From NCBI GenBank assembly GCA_040285825.1, contig JAUPSS010000010.1, positions 1 through 64,000 on the forward strand: a DNA stretch of 64,000 nucleotides, written 5' to 3'. Positions 24,448 to 36,900 of this stretch are shown here, piece after piece; positions within the stretch are counted from its first letter, which is position 1; each line of letters begins with the position of its first letter. Position numbers and translations under genes: made by a program. Below the pieces are notes generated by a model that was not told the DNA's origin, ran no database searches, and saw only the letters and a program-made list of their open reading frames with translations. Source of the DNA: Eukaryota sp. TZLM1-RC (taxonomy: Eukaryota; Protista; Metamonada: BaSk clade).

Positions 24448-26935
24448 TTTTTTTTTAAATTTAATTTTATTCTAAACCTATAAATCAACATCTAAAAAAT
24501 CCATCTCTCCCAAAACAAAAACACTAGATGCAACTCTCTCATAGTGAGATCCAAGAGAAAGCAAAGCATCAGAAACCATCTTCAACATCCCCTTAAAAAT
24601 AGAAAACACAATTCTATTTTGCCAAAACAATCTGTTGAAATTTCTGCCAGTTCTTCTCTTTTACAATCATTTCAAAATCATCCAAAAAAACGTAAAGCAG
24701 TTGGTGCAAGTGAACCAAAAAGGGAAAATACAAATGGATACAAATTGTATTTTTGCATGCTGTAGACTGGCCAATTTGGACAAAGGTTCATTGTATTTTT
24801 TTGAATTTAAAATTTTCAGCATTTGAAAGGGGATTATGAATTTCAGAATTAACAAGCCTTTCATTTGAGGCATTACAAGGATCAACAGACATTACATCCA
24901 ATAAAGTGAAGCTTCCATCTAATCCAGGTAATATGACATCACCTCTATTATTCTTATGAAAATCATTTTCAGCATCAAACAGATTTGACAACAAAGGTTC
25001 CAAGAAGGATTCAATTCTATGAGATTTACACATACAATATAACTGGTCTCTTACAGCATCATGAACCTTGCTTCTAAAAGTAATAAAATGTTTACAATTT
25101 AACAAATGAGTAGTTGTAATTTCTCGAGAACATTTACAAATTAAATTATGAGGTAAATTATCAGGCCAGATAAAGGAACGAAATCTCATATTCAGAGTCC
25201 AAGCAGAATCGGATAAGAGAGTACCATAAACTTGTGGAATTGTTGTTACTAAGGCAGAAGAAGTACTGTCACACATATCTTGTAAAAGATTTGCAAAAGC
25301 GGGATTCTTTTTCTTGGCCAAGCCAAGTCTAACATCAAAATCCAAACTTTCAAAAATCTTTGACAATTTTTGTTGAAGCTTTTTACAGCAAAACTGTAAA
25401 TTAAATAGAGATCGGTTTGGAATTTCTTGAATTGATTGAGGAAAACATTTGGTCCAAATTTGTGGCGGTAATTTTTCAAGTTCACAAGATAACTCATACA
25501 AATAGGGACTACAATTGGGGACTAACAGATGAGAATCATCAGGAAATCTACGAGAAAATTCATAAATAAAATTTTTGCCACCACCCAAGAATGCTGATTG
25601 ACACAAAATTGAAGATTTAGTAAAACCAATACCACCCAAATTTGCTGAAGAAAATAAATGGCTTTTCAACATTCCTGGTTCTACATCCAATAAATCAGCA
25701 AAAAATTCTGTTCTCAATGAATTAAAAGAACGACAAAAAAAATCTTTCTTTCTTGGCCAAGCCAAGTCTAACATCAAAATCCAAGCTTTCAAAAATCTTT
25801 GACAATTTTTGTTGAAGCTTTTTACAGCAAAACTGTAAATTAAATAGAGATCGGTTTGGAATTTCTTGAATTGATTGAGGAAAACATTTGGTCCAAAATT
25901 GTGGCGGTAATTTTTCAAGTTCACAAGATAACTCATACAAATAGGGACTACAATTGGGGACTAACAGATGAGAATCATCAGGAAATCTACGAGAAAATTC
26001 ATAAATAAAATTTTTGCCACCACCCAAGAATGCTGATTGACACAAAATTGAAGATTTAGTAAAACCAATACCACCCAAATTTGCTGAAGAAAATAAATGG
26101 CTTTTCAACATTCCTGGTTCTACATCCAATAAATCAGCAAAAAATTCTGTTCTCAATGAATTGAATGAACGACAAAAATCTAATGCTATGGAAGGAGCAC
26201 AAGATCTCAAAATGTGGGTTATTCTCCCAGTGTAGCAAATTTTAAGCATGAAAAATTTAATATGCTTTTCTATATCTAAAGAAGAAATTGAATCAAGTTC
26301 AATTTTCATTTTCTCCAAAATAACTTGCAATTCATTCTGAATTTGAGGCAAATTTCCTAACCAACAACCAAGGAACTTAAAAGCATCACTACTATAATTA
26401 GTAAAAGGGACAATAGAATCGTTTATCACGAGGTCTTGAGCAGAAGAGCCAATCAGAAGGCATTTGCTGGCATTAAGATGAAGCCCAATATTTTCATATG
26501 AATCGGCAATTTCTTGAGCAACCAATTCTAGTAAATCAAATGAACCAATCAAGGATATATCATCCATCTAAGCAACTATTTTTATAGAAGGGTATTTTTG
26601 CTTAATGATATTTAAAGTTTTGTGAATAGCTAAACAAAACAATAATGGGCCTAAAGGATCTCCCTGCTTCACTCCAGAAGATGATTTAAGACCAAATGAA
26701 TTAAAATTAAATCTGATTCTTTCCCATAAAAATGGTAGAAAAAACTCGATAGCTCAGGAAAATCAGATTTAATAACTTCAAAAATTGCTTCTCGCTTTAC
26801 AGAATTAAAAGCATTTTTAAAGTCGAGATTAAAAATAAAATTATTTTCCTCTGCATTAAAAAAGGTATCAGAGGCAATAGCAGCAACAGAAGCACCATCA
26901 ATTGTTTTGATTCCAAATTGATGAGGATTCAAAAA
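24448..26935 (-). mobile_element. 5'-truncated family A with an internal ~430-bp tandem duplication
   Basis: ORFs 24788-25936 and 25722-26567; duplication junction at ~25745. Confidence 0.9.
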
Positions 26936-27350
26936 TTGGTTCACAGAAGAAAACTTAATCCTGTGGCTGCTCTGGATTTTAAAGCAAAAGAGAAACATAG
27001 AAAATATGATAAAGATATTGAAGAGGCTAATGTCGATAGAAATACACAGCTGGTTTTTATTGCTTTCCCATTTTCGATAAATAGAAGATTATCAGTTGAA
27101 GCAGAAACTTTTTTGGATGACTTCCAAAAAATGGTGCAAGAAAAAACAATGAAAAGATTTGATATATTTTTATGGCGTTCACGGATTCAATTTGCCATTA
27201 TTAATAGATTACCTCGGTTTTTCAATCGAATTAGAGAAGTTTTAGCTAGACAGCAAGCAGATCAAGATTTTGTAGAGGAAATCTTGGTTCAATGATAGTC
27301 GTCCCATTAGTTATGAGTTAATTTAATTAAGTGTGCAAATTCAATAAATA
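26936..27350 (+). mobile_element. Family E 3' end, right half
   Basis: LVHRRKLNP..KEKHRKY..FPFS..RFDIFLWRSRIQF..-stop, AATAAA; TSD TTGGTTCACAG shared with 16799-16809. Confidence 0.85.
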
Positions 27351-27375
27351 CATCAAAAGTTTAATGAGTTACGTG

Positions 27376-30300
27376 TTTGTTGGTTAGGAAATGTGCCTCA
27401 AATTCAGAATGAATTGCAAGTTATTTTGGAAAAAATGAAAATTGAACTTGATTCAATTTCTTCTTTAGATATAGAAAAGCATATTAAATTTTTCATGCTT
27501 AAAATTTGCTACACTGGGAGAATAACCCACATTTTGAGATCTTGTGCTCCTTCCATAGCATTAGATTTTTGTCGTTCATTCAATTCATTGAGAACAGAAT
27601 TTTTTGCTGATTTATTGGATGTAGAACCAGGAATGTTGAAAAGTCACTTATTTTCTTCAGCAAATTTGGGGGGTATTGGATTTACTAAATCTTCAATTTT
27701 GTGTCAATCAGCATTCTTGGGTGGTGGCAAAAATTTTATTTATGAATTTTCTCGTAGATTTCCTGATGATTCTCATCTGTTAGTTCCCAATTGCAGTCCC
27801 TATTTGTATGAGTTATCTTGTGAACTTGAAAAATTGCCGCCACAAATTTGGACCAAATGTTTTCCTCAATCAATTCAAGAAATTCCAAACCGATCTCTTT
27901 TTAATTTACAGTTTTGCTGTAAAAAACTTCAACAAAAATTGTCAAAGATTTTTGAAAGCTTGGATTTTGATGTTAGACTTGGCTTGGCCAAGAAAAAGAA
28001 TCCCGCTTTTGCAAATCTTTTACAAGATATGTGTGACAGTACTTCTTCTGCCTTAGTAACAAAAATTCCACAAGTTTATGGTACTCTCTTATCCGATTCT
28101 GCATGGACTCTGAATATGAGATTTCGTTCCTTTATCTGGCCTGATAATTTACCTCATAATTTAATTTGTAAATGTTCTCGAGAAATTACAACTACTTTTT
28201 TTTAAAATTTAATTTTATTCTAAACCTATAAATCAACATCTAAAAAATCCATCTCTCCCAAAACAAAAACACTAGATGCAACTCTCTCATAGTGAGATCC
28301 AAGAGAAAGCAAAGCATCAGAAACCATCTTCAACATCCCCTTAAAAATAGAAAACACAATTCTATTTTGCCAAAACAATCTGTTGAAATTTCTGCCAGTT
28401 CTTCTCTTTACAATCATTTCAAAATCATCCAAAAACGTAAAAGCAGTTGGTGCAAGTGAACCAAAAAGGGAAAAAAACAAATGGATACAAATTGTATTTT
28501 GCATGCTGTAGACTGGCCAATTTGGACAAAGGTTCATTGTATTTTTGAATTTAAAATTTTCAGCATTTGAAAGGGGATTATGAATTTCAGAATTAACAAG
28601 CCTTTCATTTGAGGCATTACAAGGATCAACAGACATTACATCCAATAAAATGAAGCTTCCATCTAATCCAGGTAATATGACATCACCTCTATTATTCTTA
28701 TGAAAATCATTTTCAGCATCAAACAGATTTGACAACAAAGGTTCCAAGAAGGATTCAATTCTATGAGATTTACACATACAATATAACTGGTCTCTTACAG
28801 CATCATGAACCTTGCTTCTAAAAGTAATAAAATGTTTACAATTTAACAAATGAGTAGTTGTAATTTCTCGAGAACATTTACAAATTAAATTATGAGGTAA
28901 ATTATCAGGCCAGATAAAGGACCGAAATCTCATATTCAGAGTCCAAGCAGAATCGGATAAGAGAGTACCATAAACTTGTGGAATTGTTGTTACTAAGGCA
29001 GAAGAAGTACTGTCACACATATCTTGTAAAAAGATTTGCAAAAGCGGGATTCTTTTTCTTGGCCAAGCCAAGTCTAACATCAAAATCCAAGCTTTCAAAA
29101 ATCTTTGACAATTTTTGTTGAAGCTTTTTACAGCAAAACTGTAAATTAAATAGAGATCGGTTTGGAATTTCTTGAATTGATTGAGGAAAACATTTGGTCC
29201 AAAATTGTGGCGGTAATTTTTCAAGTTCACAAGATAACTCATACAAATAGGGACTACAATTGGGGACTAACAGATGAGAATCATCAGGAAATCTACGAGA
29301 AAATTCATAAATAAAATTTTTGCCACCACCCAAGAATGCTGATTGACACAAAATTGAAGATTTAGTAAAACCAATACCACCCAAATTTGCTGAAGAAAAT
29401 AAATGGCTTTTCAACATTCCTGGTTCTACATCCAATAAATCAGCAAAAAATTCTGTTCTCCATGAATTAAAAGAACGACAAAAATCTAATGCTATAGAAG
29501 GAGCACAAGATCTCAAAATGTGGGTTATTCTCCCAGTGTAGCAAATTTTAAGCATGAAAAATTTAATATGCTTTTCTATATCTAAAGAAGAAATTGAATC
29601 AAGTTCAATTTTCATTTTTTCCAAAATAACTTGCAATTCATTCTGAATTTGAGGCACATTTCCTAACCAACAACCAAGGAACTTAAAAGCATCACTACTA
29701 TAATTAGTAAAAGGGACAATAGAATCGTTTATCACGAGGTCTTGAGCAGAAGAGCCAATCAGAAGGCATTTGCTGGCATTAAGATGAAGCCCAATATTTT
29801 CATATGAATCGGCAATTTCTTGAGCAACCAATTCTAGTAAATTACAACTACTCATTTGTTAAATTGTAAACATTTTATTACTTTTAGAAGCAAGGTTCAT
29901 GATGCTGTAAGAGACCAGTTATATTGTATGTGTAAATCTCATAGAATTGAATCCTTCTTGGAACCTCTGTTGTCAAATTTGTTTGATGCTGAAAATGATT
30001 TTCATAAGAATAATAGAGGTGATGTCATATTACCTGGATTAGATGGAAGCTTCATTTTATTGGATGTAATGTCTGTTGATCCTTGTAATGCCTCAAATGA
30101 AAGGCTTGTTAATTCTGAAATTCATAATCCCCTTTCAAATGCTGAAAATTTTAAATTCAAAAAAATACAATGAACCTTTGTCCAAATTGGCCAGTCTACA
30201 GCATGCAAAAATACAATTTGTATCCATTTGTATTTTCCCTTTTGATTCACTTGCACCAACTGCTTTACGTTTTTTGGATGATTTTGAAATGATTGTAAAG

Positions 30301-30511
30301 AGAAGAACTGGCAGAAATTTCAACAGATTGTTTTGGCAAAATAGAATTGTGTTTTCTATTTTTAAGGGGATGTTGAAGATGGTTTCTGATGCTTTGCTTT
30401 CTCTTGGATCTCACTATGAGAGAGTTGCATCTAGTGTTTTTGTTTTGGGAGAGATGGATTTTTTTAGATGTTGATTTATAGGTTTAGAATAAAATTAAAT
30501 TTAAAAAAAAA
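27376..30511 (+). mobile_element. 5'-truncated A (plus) containing an antisense A (28197-29838)
   Basis: Outer TSD AGTTACGTG at 27367-27375 and 30512-30520; inner TSD AAATTACAACTACT at 28183-28196 and 29839-29852. Confidence 0.92.
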
Positions 30512-31873
30512 AGTTACGTGCAAAAGTTCTTTTTTTTACCTTATTTATTTTTATTCAACAACAAATATGAAATACACAATTAAAACTCGACATCCTCAAA
30601 ACCTGCCTCCCCTACATCAAAACAATTAATTGCTAAAGATTCAGAAAATTTCCCAAAAGAAGATAGTGAATCAGAAATTAGTTTTACCATTCCCTTAAAA
30701 ATAGAAAATACAATCCTGTTTTGCCAGTAAACATGATTGAAAATTCTTCCAGTTCTTTCCTTTACAACTACAACAAAATCCTCAAGGAAAGCCATAGCAG
30801 CCTTACCTAGAGATCCAAGCAAAGAAAAAACAAATGGACATAAATTATATTGGGCATGAGAATTTTCATTAACCGAGGAAATGGGTTTCGCATATTTAGC
30901 AATTTTATATTTTTCGCCTGCAAGAAGAGGATTATTTACATCCGAGTTAATGAGATGTTCGTTAGAGGAATCACAAGGGTCAATAGACATGGCGTCCAAA
31001 ATAGTAAAACTACCATTTAAACCAGGAACAACTAGATCACCTCTAGTCAGACCCATAGAAGCTCTGTTGTAACGCGTACTATCACTATTGGGATCATCAA
31101 GAATTAATTTTGATAACAGCGGTTCTAAAAAGGAATCTACTCGATATGATTTGCACATTACATAAATTTGGTCCCGGACGTTATTATGCACTTTGCTTCT
31201 AAACGTAATGAAATGTTTACAGTTTTAAAAGATGAGTAAACAAAAGAGGTTTACCACATTTACAAGTTAAATGATTGGGCAAATTGTTTGGCCACAGAAA
31301 ACAACGAAAGCGCATGTTTAGAAGCCATTCATTGTTTTTTAACAAAAGTCCATAAACAGAGGGAACTTGAGTTACTAAAGCAGCAGCTGAACTATCACGA
31401 ATATCCTTTAAAAAATTACCGAAAGCGGGATTTTTAGTTTTGGCCAAGCCAAGTCTTACTTCATAATCCAACCCTTCATATAATTTAACCAGATGGTGCT
31501 GAAGCTTTTTCAAGCAAAAACGTAAATTTGGAAGTGATCGGGTGGGAATTTCTTGAACATTTTGAGGAAAACACTGAATCCAGATATCACTAGGCAAATT
31601 TTCTAATTCAAATTGCAGTTGATTCAAGTAAAAATTTGATTCACCATTGATCAGATGAACATCAAAAGGGAACCTTTGGAAAAATTCAAAAACAAAATTT
31701 TTACCACCTCCCAAAAATGCAGCTTTACACAGAATCGAAGATTTGGTGAATCCAATTCCACCCAAATCTGCTGAACAAAATACATGACTTCGAATTAAAG
31801 ATTCATTTACTTCTAATAAAGAAGAAAAAAATTTGACTCGAAGTTTGTTAAAAGATCTGCAAAAATTGAGAGA

Positions 31874-33767
31874 GGTTCATGATGCTGTAAGAGACCAGTT
31901 ATATTGTATGTGTAAATCTCATAGAATTGAATCCTTCTTAGAACCTCTGTTTTTTTTAAAAAAAAATTAATTTTATTCTAAACCTATAAATCAACATCTA
32001 AAAAATCCATCTCTCCCAAAACAAAAACACTAGATGCAACTCTCTCATAGTGAGATCCAAGAGAAAGCAAAGCATCAGAAACCATCTTCAACATCCCCTT
32101 AAAAATAGAAAACACAATTCTATTTTGCCAAAACAATCTGTTGAAATTTCTGCCAGTTCTTCTCTTTACAATCATTTCAAAATCATCCAAAAAACGTAAA
32201 GCAGTTGGTGCAAGTGAACCAAAAAGGGAAAATACAAATGGATACAAATTGTATTTTGCATGCTGTAGACTGGCCAATTTGGACAAAGGTTCATTGTATT
32301 TTTTGAATTTAAAATTTTCAGCATTTGAAAGGGGATTATGAATTTCAGAATTAACAAGCCTTTCATTTGAGGCATTACAAGGATCAACAGACATTACATC
32401 CAATAAAATAAAGCTTCCATCTAATCCAGGTAATATGACATCACCTCTATTATTCTTATGAAAATCATTTTCAGCATCAAACAGATTTGACAACAGAGGT
32501 TCATTGAGAACAGAATTTTTTGCTGATTTATTGGATGTAGAACCAGGAATGTTGAAAAGCCATTTATTTTCTTCAGCAAATTTGGGTGGTATTGGTTTTA
32601 CTAAATCTTCAATTTTGTGTCAATCAGCATTCTTGGGTGGTGGCAAAAATTTTATTTATGAATTTTCTCGTAGATTTCCTGATGATTCTCATCTGTTAGT
32701 TCCCAATTGCAGTCCCTATTTGTATGAGTTATCTTGTGAACTTGAAAAATTGCCGCCACAAATTTGGACCAAATGTTTTCCTCAATCAATTCAAGAAATT
32801 CCAAACCGATCTCTTTTTAATTTACAGTTTTGCTGTAAAAAGCTTCAACAAAAATTGTCAAAGATTTTTGAAAGCTTGGATTTTGATGTTAGACTTGGCT
32901 TGGCCAAGAAAAAGAATCCCGCTTTTGCAAATCTTTTTACAAGATATGTGTGACAGTACTTCTTCTGCCTTAGTAACAACAATTCCACAAGTTTATGGTA
33001 CTCTCTTATCCGATTCTGCTTGGACTCTGAATATGAGATTTCGTTCCTTTATCTGGCCTGATAATTTACCTCATAATTTAATTTGTAAATGTTCTCGAGA
33101 AATTACAACTACTCATTTGTTAAATTGTAAACATTTTATTACTTTTTAGAAGCAAGGTTCATGATGCTGTAAGAGACCAGTTATATTGTATGTGTAAATC
33201 TCATAGAATTGAATCCTTCTTGGAACCTTTGTTGTCAAATCTGTTTGATGCTGAAAATGATTTTCATAAGAATAATAGAGGTGATGTCATATTACCTGGA
33301 TTAGATGGAAGCTTCATTTTATTGGATGTAATGTCTGTTGATCCTTGTAATGCCTCAAATGAAAGGCTTGTTAATTCTGAAATTCATAATCCCCTTTCAA
33401 ATGCTGAAAATTTTAAATTCAAAAAATACAATGAACCTTTGTCCAAATTGGCCAGTCTACAGCATGCAAAAATACAATTTGTATCCATTTGTATTTTCCC
33501 TTTTTGGTTCACTTGCACCAACTGCTTTACGTTTTTTGGATGATTTTGAAATGATTGTAAAGAGAAGAACTGGCAGAAATTTCAACAGATTGTTTTGGCA
33601 AAATAGAATTGTGTTTTCTATTTTTAAGGGGATGTTGAAGATGGTTTCTGATGCTTTGCTTTCTCTTGGATCTCACTATGAGAGAGTTGCATCTAGTGTT
33701 TTTGTTTTGGGAGAGATGGATTTTTTAGATGTTGATTTATAGGTTTAGAATAAAATTAAATTTAAAA
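31874..33767 (+). mobile_element. Composite A insertion with an inverted segment (31952-32502, minus)
   Basis: A(+) 31874-31951, A(-) 3' end, then A(+) 32503-33767. Confidence 0.88.
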
Positions 33768-33918
33768 AAAAATTGAGAGATACCGATGGGGGAGTTGACC
33801 TTAAAATATGAGTGAATTTTCCAGAATAACAAATTTTTAAAATAAAAAATTTGATGTGTTTCTCAATGTCACATTCAGCAATAAAACTAAGATCCTTGTC
33901 AAACTTCTCCAATAAATT

Positions 33919-36900
33919 TTTTTTTCTCCCTCCCTTAGTCAACCCTTTCATATTTCACTTTCTGTCAAGGCGTCAAAGTCGTACTGTTTCTCTGTCAAAA
34001 CGATGCCTTTGGCTGATAGTGACTCTGATGCTGATTGGAACGCCCAAGCAAAGATTCTACCAGTCAGATCAAGCTCATCCACTCCACTTCCCCACTCTCC
34101 CCACAATACAAGCTATGCTCGAAATTCATCTCAAAAAAAATTTTCATTCAAAAACTGATCATTGAACCAGAAAAAACACAGAAAAACCACCATTACGTTC
34201 CTTGCGTTCTGTTGCGCGTTCTATTAACAACTCCGTTTCTCGAAATTTGTTTTCTCCAGCTGAAACTGCAAAAAGTCAAAAGTCTATTTCTACTTTTAAC
34301 TCAAAAATTGACAAAATTGAAAGAACTGAAAAAATGAAACCACTGCCATTACAAGGTTCTAAAAAATGTTCGATTTGTGGTATCAGTGGTCATAATTCGA
34401 GAACGTGCATTGAGAAACAAAAAAGAGAATTTGAATTAAAATCTGCTCAACAAATTCTCAAATATTCTGTTCCAGCTGTTGCCGTTGTGAAAGGTGCTGA
34501 AAATAATGTTTCTGACGATCAACAGTTAAATGCTTCTAGTGTTCCCTCTTCTTCCCCTTCTGAAAACAGCAATTTTTGTTGTCCATTTTGCAAAAAAGAT
34601 GTTGCAGATTCACGAAATGGTCGAAAACTTCTGTTTTGTACGAATTGTAAAGCCGTTGATACCGTAAGACCCCCGATCCGGATCCCAGTAGAAATAAGTC
34701 CCGCCAGCACAATCCCCTTCTCAATGGAAATGAGAAATTTTACTTCTGAATTGAAAAATAATAAGTGGAATATTTCATCCTTCTGGAAATATTTTGCTAG
34801 AAAAAACAAAAATTGTTTTAAGAAAAATTTTGGAAATAGAAAAATTGTAAAATCAAAAATTTGCCGTAAATTGTGCTTACGTGGTCGTTATGGTGCCGCA
34901 AAGCAGTCTTTGTTTTCCTCTTCTTTGGCTGATGCAAACTCTGATACCCTTGAAAAACTTCAAAAGTTGCATCCTCAAGAAAATTTCAAGTGCAGCAAGC
35001 CTGAAGTGTGTCCTTTTTGGATTGAAAATCCTATTGCTGCAATTGAAGTTCTTAAAGCTATTCAAAAATTGCCAAAGGGGAAAGCAGCAGGCCCATCTGG
35101 AATTTCTTTTGATCTGTTAAAAATAGCATGTTCCAGTGCTCCCGAAATTGCTGATGATCTAGCCCACTATTTTCAACAATTGATTGTTTTGAAAATTAAT
35201 CCTCCATTTGAATTACTCGCAGCACGTCTGATTGCTTTAGTAAAGCCTGGAAACGGAATCAAACCTGATGGAATACGCCCAATTGCTGTTGGTGAATCTC
35301 TTTCTCGTTTGCTAGCATCAATTGTCTTCGATCGTGTCAAAGACAAAGCTTCTACATTTTTGAATCCTCATCAATTTGGAATAAAATTTAATTTGTAAAT
35401 GTTCTCGAGAAATTACAACTACTCATTTGTTAAATTGTAAACATTTTATTACTTTTAGAAGCAAGGTTCATGATGCTGTAAGAGACCAGTTATATTGTAT
35501 GTGTAAATCTCATAGAATTGAATCCTTCTTGGAACCTCTGTTGTCAAATCTGTTTGATGCTGAAAATGATTTTCATAAGAATAATAGAGGTGATGTCATA
35601 TTACCTGGATTAGATGGAAGCTTCATTTTATTGGATGTAATGTCTGTTGATCCTTGTAATGCCTCAAATGAAAGGCTTGTTAATTCTGAAATTCATAATC
35701 CCCTTTCAAATGCTGAAAATATTAAATTCAAAAAATACAATGAACCTTTGTCCAAATTGGCCAGTCTACAGCATGCAAAATACAATTTGTATCCATTTGT
35801 ATTTTCCCTTTTTGGTTCACTTGCACCAACTGCTTTACGTTTTTTGGATGATTTTGAAATGATTGTAAAGAGAAGAACTGGCAGAAATTTCAACAGATTG
35901 TTTTGGCAAAATAGAATTGTGTTTTCTATTTTTAAGGGGATGTTGAAGATGGTTTCTGATGCTTTGCTTTCTCTTGGATCTCACTATGAGAGAGTTGCAT
36001 CTAGTGTTTTTGTTTTGGGAGAGATGGATTTTTTAGATGTTGATTTATTGGTTTAGAATAAAATTATATTTAAAAAAAATCATCAATTTGGAATCAAAAC
36101 AATTGATGGTGCTTCTGTTGCTGCTATTGCCTCTGATACCTTTTTTAATGCAGAGGAAAATAATTTTATTTTTAATCTCGACTTTAAAAATGCTTTTAAT
36201 TCTGTAAAGCGAGAAGCAATTTTTGAAGTTATTAAATCTGATTTTCCTGAGCTATCGAGTTTTTTCTACCATTTTTATGGGAAAGAATCAGATTTAATTT
36301 TTAATTCATTTGGTCTTAAATCATCTTCTGGAGTGAAGCAGGGAGATCCTTTAGGCCCATTATTGTTTTGTATAGCTATTCACAAAACTTTAAATATCAT
36401 TAAGCAAAAATACCCTTCTATAAAAATAGTTGCTTATATGGATGATATATCCTTGATTGGTTCATTTGATTCACTAGAATTGGTTGCTCAAGAAATTGCC
36501 GATTCATATGAAAATATTGGGCTTCATCTTAATGCCAGCAAATGCCTTCTGATTGGCTCTTCTGCTCAAGACCTCGTGATAAACGATTCTATTGACCCTT
36601 TTACTAATTATAGTAGTGATGCTTTTAAGTTCCTTGGTTGTTGGTTAGGAAATGTGCCTCAAATTCAGAATGAATTGCAAGTTATTTTGGAAAAAATGAA
36701 AATTGAACTTGATTCAATTTCTTCTTTAGATATAGAAAAGCATATTAAATTTTTCATGCTTAAAATTTGCTACACTGGGAGAATAACCCACATTTTGAGA
36801 TCTTGTGCTCCTTCCATAGCATTAGATTTTTGTCGTTCTTTTAATTCATTGAGAACAGAATTTTTTGCTGATTTATTGGATGTAGAACCAGGAATGTTGA

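Noticed and set aside
32141-32387. Recurrent short ORFs (MKFLPVLL.., MILVMPQM.., MSYLVNLK..)
   Set aside because: Alternate-frame or antisense shadows of the family A ORF; they recur only because the element is multicopy.
33919-33940. Polypyrimidine-AG splice acceptor or HDV-like ribozyme at the 5' end
   Set aside because: The AG is GG in family B, and I could not fit the HDV nested pseudoknot by eye.
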